Source of the DNA: a virus
DNA length: 30,578 nt
Strand: one strand, 5' to 3'
IMG/VR virus record: IMGVR_UViG_3300045988_171550
Span: 1 to 30,578 of that record
The notes below the pieces were generated by a model that saw nothing but the letters and a program-made list of their open reading frames with translations, ran no database searches and was not told where the DNA came from. The position numbers were made by a program, and so were the translations under genes. Positions 1 to 6,679 of the stretch are shown here, piece after piece (position 1 is the first letter of the stretch; each line of letters starts with the position of its first letter).

Positions 1-55
1 TCATATTTATATAAAAAATGGAATAGTTCTTAAAAGTGTTACGCAAATACTAAAA
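1..55. repeat. Terminal direct repeat identical to 30524..30578. Either a circular-assembly overlap or genuine terminal redundancy. The unique genome length is about 30523 bp.
   Basis: Bases 1-55 match bases 30524-30578 exactly, and an ORF reads through the junction in frame. Confidence 0.9.
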
Positions 56-541
56 GAACTATTCCCAAATAAATATGAAAATATACCAGATAAAATACTA
101 ACTTCAAAATCAGAATACGGAACTAAACTTCATAAATGCATTGAAATAATAGAAAAAAAGAAACCTAAAAGACCTATAAGTTATTGTAAAAGATATATAG
201 GAATTGATATATATCAAGAGCAAAGTTTAAAGGATTATTTAGAAATAAAAAAACAGTACAATATAGAAGTTTTAGAAAGTGAAAAGATAGTTAGTTATAA
301 TTATGATTATGCTGGAACACTTGATATGATAGCATTAGTAAATGGCAAGAAATCCATAATAGATATAAAAACAACATATGAATTTGATGAAATATATGTA
401 AGTTATCAAAATAGTTTATATGAACTTGCAAATGGTAAAGTAGATAAGTTATATTGTTTATGGCTACCTAAAAGAAAAATAGGTAAGTTAATAGAAGTTA
501 AAAGAATAAATAAGGGCATATTATTAGAAATAATAAAATAA
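2..541 (+). CDS. PD-(D/E)XK-superfamily nuclease (phage recombination exonuclease or Cas4-like), 3' part. The N-terminus is encoded at 30501..30578 across the circular junction.
   Basis: Frame 2 is open from position 2 and continues the ORF that starts at 30501, giving 187 aa in total. Motifs GTLDMIALV and IIDIKTT match the D...D/E-x-K arrangement of PD-(D/E)XK nucleases. The gene sits between an ERF-like annealing protein and SSB. Confidence 0.6.
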   Translation, partial: HIYIKNGIVLKSVTQILKELFPNKYENIPDKILTSKSEYGTKLHKCIEIIEKKKPKRPISYCKRYIGIDIYQEQSLKDYLEIKKQYNIEVLESEKIVSYNYDYAGTLDMIALVNGKKSIIDIKTTYEFDEIYVSYQNSLYELANGKVDKLYCLWLPKRKIGKLIEVKRINKGILLEIIK

Positions 542-558
542 AAAAGGAAGGAAAAAAA

Positions 559-984
559 ATGAATAGATGTGAATTTATTGGTAGACCAGTTAAAGCACTT
601 GAATTAAAAAAGACTTCAAATGGCAATAATATATTAACATTTACATTAGCAGTTAGAAGAGAATATAAAAATGTTAATGGAGAATATGATAGTGATTTTA
701 TTAGATTAAAAGCATTTAAGAATAGTGCTAACTTCATAAGCACTTATGTAAAAGTAGGAGATTTAATTTATATTGAAGCAACATATGTAAGTAGCACATA
801 TGATAAAGATGGACAAAAATTATATAGTCAAGATTTAATTGTTACTAAAGTAAAATGTTTAAGTGCTTCAAAATCAAAAAAAGAAGATAAAAAAGAAGAA
901 ACACCAACAACTCAAAATGAAGTAGACCCATATAAACAATTTGCAGATGAAACTGAAATAAATGAAAATGACTTTCCATTTTAA
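559..984 (+). CDS. ssb: Single-stranded DNA-binding protein with an acidic C-terminal tail (…NDFPF)
   Basis: OB-fold-like N-terminal region, a low-complexity linker, and a C-terminal D-F-P-F motif typical of SSB. A strong RBS (AAGGAAGGAAAAAAAATG) precedes the start. Confidence 0.8.
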   Translation: MNRCEFIGRPVKALELKKTSNGNNILTFTLAVRREYKNVNGEYDSDFIRLKAFKNSANFISTYVKVGDLIYIEATYVSSTYDKDGQKLYSQDLIVTKVKCLSASKSKKEDKKEETPTTQNEVDPYKQFADETEINENDFPF

Positions 985-992
985 GAGGTAAT

Positions 993-1328
993 ATGGATTT
1001 ATTAAATGAATTACAAAGTTTAAATAAACAACTTGAAATGTCAGTTAAAAGTTTAAGAATAAACGGAATAAAATATGCAGAGGCTGAAAGAGATTATAAA
1101 ATAGCAGTTAATAAAAAAGTATTAGAATTAAAAGATAATAAAATGGCAGTAGGTTTAATTAATCTTACAATATATGGTTATCAAGAAATAGCAACATTAA
1201 GATTTATGAGAGATAGTGCAGAGGTTATATATAATGCAAATCAAGAGGCAATTAATTCAATAAAACTTCGTATGAGATTAATAGAAAGTCAAATAAGTAG
1301 AGAATTTGGTTTAGGAGAAAATAAATGA
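993..1328 (+). CDS. hypothetical protein (111 aa)
   Basis: Long ORF with an RBS (GAGGTAATATG). Its stop overlaps the next start (ATGA), suggesting translational coupling. Confidence 0.5.
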   Translation: MDLLNELQSLNKQLEMSVKSLRINGIKYAEAERDYKIAVNKKVLELKDNKMAVGLINLTIYGYQEIATLRFMRDSAEVIYNANQEAINSIKLRMRLIESQISREFGLGENK

Positions 1329-1855
1329 GTATTAGAAGTAAATTTTGTGATTTTGACAAAGCAACTAGAAAATATATAAAAAAAAGAGATGGAGAAAAAT
1401 GTATTATATGTCATAGTAAAGGGGCATTACAAATAATGCATATATTCTTATCTAGAGCAAAAGGTGGAAAAGGTTGCAAAGAAAATGGATGTTTAGGTTG
1501 TGTAAAATGTCATAAAATAATAGATAATCCAATAGGACAAATTCAAAATGAAACCTCAAAAAGATATTTAAAATATTGTAAAGAATATTTAATACAAAAA
1601 GAAAATATATTAGAAAATTATGGTAGTGAAACAAATTTAATCAACAACCTATTAAAATTCAAGAATAAACCTATTGAATTAAAGAGTTTTGATTTAAACA
1701 GTATAAATATACTAGAAAAGAAAAAACAATGCCGAAAATGTATTTATTGTATTAAAAAAAGCAATAAATATAATTCATTACCAACATATTATTGCAGATT
1801 AAAACATAAAAGAGTTAATAAAAATAATATATGTGAAAATTATAAGGAGATATAA
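1325..1855 (+). CDS. HNH-family endonuclease-like protein with an additional C-terminal Cys cluster
   Basis: CIIC…MHIF…ENG…CVKCH fits the CxxC…H…N…CxxCH spacing of HNH zinc-finger nucleases. The C-terminus has a second cluster, CRKCIYC…C…C. Confidence 0.55.
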   Translation: MSIRSKFCDFDKATRKYIKKRDGEKCIICHSKGALQIMHIFLSRAKGGKGCKENGCLGCVKCHKIIDNPIGQIQNETSKRYLKYCKEYLIQKENILENYGSETNLINNLLKFKNKPIELKSFDLNSINILEKKKQCRKCIYCIKKSNKYNSLPTYYCRLKHKRVNKNNICENYKEI

Positions 1856-2049
1856 TGAACTTAAAAAGAAAAGTTGAAAGAAATAAAGAAAAAATAAAAC
1901 AAAAAGAAATAAGAGAAACATATGGAAAAAAACCAAAATCAATATGTCCAAGATGTCATAAACATAGTTTATTTATGACTAATCAAAATGGGGAAGTATA
2001 TTGTATCAGATGTGATAGACTTGTAGCATTAGACAAGAATAAAAAATAA
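1855..2049 (+). CDS. small zinc-ribbon protein (64 aa)
   Basis: CPRCH…(17)…CIRCD gives two CxxC pairs. The start overlaps the upstream stop (TAATG). Confidence 0.45.
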   Translation: MNLKRKVERNKEKIKQKEIRETYGKKPKSICPRCHKHSLFMTNQNGEVYCIRCDRLVALDKNKK

Positions 2050-2258
2050 TGATATAATAAAATTGCATAATATATATGCACACGGCACACCCCCTTTCAT
2101 TAAAAATCACTGATAGTGCTAGTATTATTTAGACATTCACATTGATTTTGTTTCGTTACAAAATCTCCTTTCTTGATTAAATGTGAAATCGACTATATTC
2201 TTATATTAAAACATCCTAAAACTTGTTTTAGTTCTATGTGAGTTTGCAAGTGATTAGT

Positions 2259-2287
2259 TTGACATAGAATTTATAAAATGATAAAAT
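2259..2287 (+). promoter_or_regulatory. sigma-70-like promoter candidate (TTGACA-N17-TAAAAT)
   Basis: The -35 TTGACA at 2259-2264 and the -10 TAAAAT at 2282-2287 are separated by a 17-nt spacer. The site lies in a 265-bp non-coding stretch upstream of a gene block. Confidence 0.4.
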
Positions 2288-2313
2288 AAAGAATATAAGG
2301 AGATAGGTACTTT

Positions 2314-2475
2314 ATGAAAGAATTAATAATAAAAATAATAGCAATCATAATATTAATAATAAATGTGTTATTTGTTTATGGTTGTTTTTTATTGCAAAAA
2401 ATAAAGTATCAACTCAAAATGAAAGAGAGGTGGAAAAATGAAAAAGTACGAATTCAAGAAGATAACATTAGATGA
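2314..2475 (+). CDS. small hydrophobic (single-TM) protein, 53 aa, below the 60-aa ORF cutoff
   Basis: ATG at 2314 follows AAGGAGATAGG by 7 nt. The product MKELIIKIIAIIILIINVLFVYGCFLLQK… contains a predicted TM helix. The ORF overlaps the next ORF by 38 nt in another frame. Confidence 0.3.
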   Translation: MKELIIKIIAIIILIINVLFVYGCFLLQKIKYQLKMKERWKNEKVRIQEDNIR

Positions 2476-2908
2476 ATATAAACTTGTAATTGAAAATAAA
2501 GAATACCCTTTTAAAAGAACAATTGAAATGGGAGAAAAAGTACAAGGAATAACAGCAAGTGCTAGAATTAAGATGTTAAAAGAACTTACCAAAATGGGTT
2601 TAACTAAAAATGACCTTATAATTAAAAAAGATTTGGGTAATGGTAAAATAACTTATGATGAAACTAATTATCAAGAATTTGAAAAGAAATTTATTGAAGA
2701 AGAAACATTACAAGTTGCAAATGATTTAATCGAAAGTTGTTTTAAAATGACAACAACTAAACTTTTTGAAGAACTAGGAATAAATGTTAATAGTGAAATC
2801 AACGAAGATGAAGCAAATGGAATTATGATGTTTACTCAAAAATTTATTACTATAATATCAAAAGGGGAAGAAGATACACCCAGTGATGGAAGTCCAGAAC
2901 AGTTATAA
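2438..2908 (+). CDS. hypothetical protein (156 aa)
   Basis: ORF with an RBS (AGAGAGGTGGAAAAATG). Confidence 0.5.
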   Translation: MKKYEFKKITLDEYKLVIENKEYPFKRTIEMGEKVQGITASARIKMLKELTKMGLTKNDLIIKKDLGNGKITYDETNYQEFEKKFIEEETLQVANDLIESCFKMTTTKLFEELGINVNSEINEDEANGIMMFTQKFITIISKGEEDTPSDGSPEQL

Positions 2909-3251
2909 AAATAGAGGTAGAAATAAAACTATATTTTGTTTTGCATATAAAGAAGATTTAGACCAAGCATATGCATTTTATTGTAGTAGATATGAAAATA
3001 TAAGTTATGAAGATTTCTTACAATTAGGTTTTTTTGAATTTAAGAAAAAACTTAATTCAATACCTAAAAGTGAACCACTTTATGATATAATTAAGTCAAG
3101 AACAATAAATATATCTTCAATTAAAGATAAAGAAGAAAAAAAATATTGGCAAAGTTTAAAAAGAATAAATGCAATACCTCAAATATTTATAAGTACGGAT
3201 GAAATATTTAAAAATTTAAAAGAACAAATGAAAGAAACAAGTCATATATGA
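2883..3251 (+). CDS. hypothetical protein (122 aa; the real start may be internal)
   Basis: Open frame. It overlaps the upstream ORF and its start is uncertain. Confidence 0.4.
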   Translation: MMEVQNSYKNRGRNKTIFCFAYKEDLDQAYAFYCSRYENISYEDFLQLGFFEFKKKLNSIPKSEPLYDIIKSRTINISSIKDKEEKKYWQSLKRINAIPQIFISTDEIFKNLKEQMKETSHI

Positions 3252-3382
3252 CAATAAATGAAGAATACGAAATAAAAATAAAAAAAGCCGTAAAAGAAGG
3301 CAATTTAAGACTAGCCTTTGATTTATATAATGAATGGTTAGACAAAGTTAATGAATTAAAAAAAGAAAGGAAGAAAAAATAA
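3248..3382 (+). CDS. small basic protein (44 aa), coupled to its neighbours by ATGA and TAATG overlaps
   Basis: The ATG at 3248 overlaps the upstream stop, and the stop at 3380-3382 overlaps the next ATG. The ORF is below the 60-aa track cutoff. Confidence 0.3.
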   Translation: MTINEEYEIKIKKAVKEGNLRLAFDLYNEWLDKVNELKKERKKK

Positions 3383-3798
3383 TGGAAAAAGATTTAATAT
3401 TATTTAATGATAAAATAAGCAAATTAACAAAAGAAATAGTAAAATATGAGGATGAAAAAGGAAACTTATTATTAATACCAACTGGAAATTTAATGTGTAA
3501 GGTAGAATATTTAGAACTTGATGAAATAGGTATGAAAAAGGCTCTATATGAAAATATAGTTGATAAAAACGAGACTTATAACAAAATTAAAGTAAATAGA
3601 GTTATTGATAAGAGTTCAAAGACTGGAAATAAAAAAGATGCTGGAATACTAATTGACAGTGAAGTAGAAGTTAGCCAAGTATGGGTAGTAACTAATGGTT
3701 TAGGATTAAATAAATCATTTAAAGATAAGGAAAAAGCCCTTAATCTTGCAATGACATTAAATAATAAATATTTAGAAATGGCAGAACTATGCAAATAA
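3382..3798 (+). CDS. hypothetical protein (138 aa)
   Basis: ORF with an RBS (AAGGAAGAAAAAATAATG). Confidence 0.5.
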   Translation: MEKDLILFNDKISKLTKEIVKYEDEKGNLLLIPTGNLMCKVEYLELDEIGMKKALYENIVDKNETYNKIKVNRVIDKSSKTGNKKDAGILIDSEVEVSQVWVVTNGLGLNKSFKDKEKALNLAMTLNNKYLEMAELCK

Positions 3799-4280
3799 TT
3801 TATAAAAGCATAGAAGAAATTAAACCTTATGAAAACAACCCTAGAATAAATGATGAAGCAGTTGAATATGTAGCAAATAGTATAAAGGAATTTGGTTTTA
3901 GAAGTCCGATTATATTAGATAAAAATAATGTAATTATATGTGGTCATACAAGATTACTTGCAAGTAAAGAATTAAAACTTAAAGAAGTACCTTGTATAAT
4001 TGCTGATGACTTAAATGATGAACAAGTAAAAGCATTAAGACTTGCAGATAATAAAGTTGCTGAAAAATCAATGTGGGATTATTCTAAATTAGATGAAGAA
4101 TTAGAAGATATTTTAAATATAGATATGAGTAAATTTGATTTCATTAATAATGACATAGACTGGGAAAATGTAGAAGAATTAGAAGATAGTAACTATGAAG
4201 AACCAGAACATAATATGTTAGAATGTCCAAAATGTCATCATATAGATAGAGATATACATTTTAAGAAAGTTGGAGTATAA
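3789..4280 (+). CDS. ParB/Srx-fold (ParB N-terminal domain) nuclease-like protein with a C-terminal CxxC…HH zinc motif. Possibly a minimal DpdB-like partner of the adjacent DpdA.
   Basis: YENNPRIND (the PxNPR box), FGFRSPIIL and IICGHTRLLA (GxxR box) are the ParB N-terminal-domain signature. A C-terminal CPKCHH is present. The gene lies 24 nt upstream of the DpdA-like gene. Confidence 0.7.
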   Translation: MQIIYKSIEEIKPYENNPRINDEAVEYVANSIKEFGFRSPIILDKNNVIICGHTRLLASKELKLKEVPCIIADDLNDEQVKALRLADNKVAEKSMWDYSKLDEELEDILNIDMSKFDFINNDIDWENVEELEDSNYEEPEHNMLECPKCHHIDRDIHFKKVGV

Positions 4281-4304
4281 GATGAAAATTAAAACTTTTT
4301 CTAA

Positions 4305-5090
4305 ATGAAAATATTTCTTAGTTCATTAGAAAATGGGCAATGTTCATTAATTAATGAGAAAAATGGCAAAAGACAAGAAAGTGCTATATATATGTATAAT
4401 CAAGGCGTAAGATACAAATGGAATTTAATGAGTTTTTATTACATAAAAAGCAAAAAAGAATTAGCAATATATATAAGAGATAGAAGTGAATTAATTGAAA
4501 TTGATAGTGGAGCACACAGTTTTCAAAAAGGAAAAAAAGTAGATTGGGTAGAATATACCAAACAATATGCTGAATTTATAAAAGAATTTGATAGACCGAA
4601 TGTTGTAGGTTATTTTGAAATGGATGTTGATAATATAATTGGCTATGATAAAGTATTAGAATTAAGAAAGATATTAGAAAGCGTTTCAAATAAAATAATA
4701 CCAGTATGGCACAAAAATAGTGGTATAGAAGAATATAAAAAAATGTGTAAGGATTATGCTGGAAAGATAATAGCAATAACAGGTTTTAAAAATGAAGATA
4801 TAAAAGACGAACAATATTTAATGTTTTTGAAATATGCTAAAAAATTTAATTGTAAAGTGCATTGTTTAGGTATGACAAGAAAAAAAATTTTAGATAAAGT
4901 TCCTTTTGATTTCGTAGATAGTAGTTCTTGGAAACAAAGTGGTATATTTGGTAGAATAGATGGCAAAGGTAAAGTCACAAAAAAATTCAGCAAAGAAAAA
5001 CGAGAAATAGTTTTTATGGAAAATTATAAAGTAGGAATAAAAATGCAATACCATTATTATGAGAAATGGAAAAAAGAATGTAAAGATTAG
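4305..5090 (+). CDS. dpdA: tRNA-guanine-transglycosylase (TGT) superfamily protein, DpdA-like DNA 7-deazaguanine transglycosylase
   Basis: EIDSGAHSFQ aligns to the TGT catalytic DSGGFQ box. KVHCLGMT aligns to the TGT YLMGVG box. VPFDFVDSSSWKQSGIFG aligns to TGT GIDMFDCVLPTRSGRNGQAF, which holds the nucleophile Asp. A protein of this kind in a phage, next to a ParB-like gene and a YhhQ transporter, points to DpdA. Confidence 0.65.
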   Translation: MKIFLSSLENGQCSLINEKNGKRQESAIYMYNQGVRYKWNLMSFYYIKSKKELAIYIRDRSELIEIDSGAHSFQKGKKVDWVEYTKQYAEFIKEFDRPNVVGYFEMDVDNIIGYDKVLELRKILESVSNKIIPVWHKNSGIEEYKKMCKDYAGKIIAITGFKNEDIKDEQYLMFLKYAKKFNCKVHCLGMTRKKILDKVPFDFVDSSSWKQSGIFGRIDGKGKVTKKFSKEKREIVFMENYKVGIKMQYHYYEKWKKECKD

Positions 5091-5126
5091 TAGTTAACCA
5101 AAACCTACTTAAAAAAAATTAAGGAG
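5089..5126 (+). promoter_or_regulatory. preQ1-I-riboswitch-like leader, a translational element that overlaps the Shine-Dalgarno of the YhhQ-like transporter gene
   Basis: AGUAG-UUAACCAAAAC-CUACU-UAAAAAAAAUUAAGGAG has a 5-bp P1, an 11-nt loop ending in C, an A-rich tail and UUAAGG. Length and layout match the B. subtilis queC aptamer AGAGG-UUCUAGCUACAC-CCUCU-AUAAAAAACUAAGG. A loop UUAA can pair with the tail UUAA as a P2 pseudoknot that would sequester the SD. Confidence 0.45.
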
Positions 5127-5134
5127 ATGATGAT

Positions 5135-5794
5135 ATGAATATATTATTAGGAATTACAGGAATAATATTATGTTTTAGTATAGAAATTTTGATAGAAAAG
5201 ATATTTAAAAAAGAAGGATTATATGTATGGGTAAGTGTTGCATTAATAACGGCGAATATATTAGTTGCTAAAAATATTAATGTATTAAATTTACAGGCTA
5301 CACTTGGAAATATATTATTTGCAAGTACATTTCTTGCAACTGACATATTAAGTGAGAAATATAGTTCTAAAGATAGCAAGAAAGCAGTTAATATGGGTAT
5401 TATAGCAGTTATATTATTTACAATTGCTACACAATTTAGTTTATTGTTTAAACCAAATGAATTAGATATGGTAAATAACAGTTTAAAGACAATATTTACT
5501 TTCAATTTAAGAATAAGCATATCAAGTATCATAATGTGCTATTTAAGTAATATGCTAGACATAATGTTGTTTGAAAAAATAAAGAAAAAAATACCAAATA
5601 AAATGTGGGTAAGAAATAATATAGCAACAATAATAAGCAATTGTTTAGAAAATTATTTATTCACATTATTTGCATTTATTGGTATTTATGATATAGGAAC
5701 GATATTATCAATTGCTACAACAACAACTATATTAGAAATTATGATAGCAATATGTGATACACCGTTTTTATATTTAAGCAAGAAATTAAAATAA
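5135..5794 (+). CDS. yhhQ: YhhQ/QueT-family queuosine-precursor (preQ0/preQ1) transporter, a polytopic membrane protein
   Basis: 219 aa with about 6 predicted TM segments. The FLATD motif (GNILFASTFLATDIL) aligns with E. coli YhhQ (FIFLATDLTV). The gene is adjacent to the DpdA-like gene. Confidence 0.65.
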   Translation: MNILLGITGIILCFSIEILIEKIFKKEGLYVWVSVALITANILVAKNINVLNLQATLGNILFASTFLATDILSEKYSSKDSKKAVNMGIIAVILFTIATQFSLLFKPNELDMVNNSLKTIFTFNLRISISSIIMCYLSNMLDIMLFEKIKKKIPNKMWVRNNIATIISNCLENYLFTLFAFIGIYDIGTILSIATTTTILEIMIAICDTPFLYLSKKLK

Positions 5795-5810
5795 AAAAGG
5801 AAGTGATATT

Positions 5811-6200
5811 ATGGTAAAAGGAGATACACCGGCACAGAATAAAATTAAAAAAGATGAATTTGAAAAATTATGTAGTTTACAATGTACTTATAATGAAATA
5901 TGTGATTGGTTTGATATTGATGATAAAACACTTAACGAATGGTGCAGGTCAACATATGGGACTACATTTTCCGAGGTATTCAAGATAAAAAGAGGTACAG
6001 GACAAATATCACTTCGAAGAACTCAATGGAAGTTAGCGGAGAAGAGTGCCGCAATGGCAATATTTCTAGGTAAACAATATTTAGGTCAAACTGATAAAGT
6101 AGAAACAAGTGGAAATGTATCTATAACACCTCAAATAGATATTAATGTTGTAGATAATAGTGAACTTGAAAGTATATTATATGAAAGTGATAAGAAATAA
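5811..6200 (+). CDS. terS: terminase small subunit (HTH-containing, P27-like)
   Basis: 129 aa, located upstream of the large terminase. The N-terminal HTH-like segment (EICDWFDIDDKTLNEW) and the conserved AAMAIFLGKQYLGQTDK block resemble small terminases of Firmicutes phages. Confidence 0.55.
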   Translation: MVKGDTPAQNKIKKDEFEKLCSLQCTYNEICDWFDIDDKTLNEWCRSTYGTTFSEVFKIKRGTGQISLRRTQWKLAEKSAAMAIFLGKQYLGQTDKVETSGNVSITPQIDINVVDNSELESILYESDKK

Positions 6201-6211
6201 GGAGGAAAAAT

Positions 6212-6436
6212 ATGGCAAGAAAGAAAAAAGTAGACATTATTAGTATGAATAATAAACCAGTTAATAAGAGTGTTCAAAATGAACCTGTAAAAGTTTCTGA
6301 CAAGTTCGTTAAAGAAATGAAACCAAGAGTTATTGGTAAAGTTAAGACATTACTTGTTAAAAACGGAAGAGTATATAAAGAAATAGGTAATGGTTATGGA
6401 ATATATGCTGATAGTGGAGAAATATTTAAAATATAA
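6212..6436 (+). CDS. hypothetical lysine-rich protein (74 aa)
   Basis: ORF with a strong RBS (AGGAGGAAAAATATG). Confidence 0.45.
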   Translation: MARKKKVDIISMNNKPVNKSVQNEPVKVSDKFVKEMKPRVIGKVKTLLVKNGRVYKEIGNGYGIYADSGEIFKI

Positions 6437-6445
6437 GGAGGCATT

Positions 6446-6679
6446 ATGGAATTTATTAAATTAAATAAAAATAGATATTTAATCAAAGATAGTAATAACC
6501 TAGTAGTTAGTGAAGAAGAAATGTTAAAACTTCAAAAGAAAGAACTAATTATAAAAGATATTCAAAGTAATGAGTGCCAAGGTAAAACTACTCAAAAAAT
6601 AATGGAAATAAATGAGAAATTAAATGAACAAAGTTCTAAACCTACAACTGTCAAAAAAACAAAAAAACCTATTAAATGA
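6446..6679 (+). CDS. hypothetical protein (77 aa). Its 3' end overlaps the terL start by 56 nt.
   Basis: ORF with a strong RBS (TAAGGAGGCATTATG). Confidence 0.45.
   Translation: MEFIKLNKNRYLIKDSNNLVVSEEEMLKLQKKELIIKDIQSNECQGKTTQKIMEINEKLNEQSSKPTTVKKTKKPIK

Noticed and set aside
2060-2085. GCATAATATATATGC near-palindrome considered as a dif or Xer site
   Set aside because: It does not match the conserved XerD arm (TTATGTAAACT) of Firmicutes dif sites. The palindrome is imperfect and could occur by chance in AT-rich DNA.
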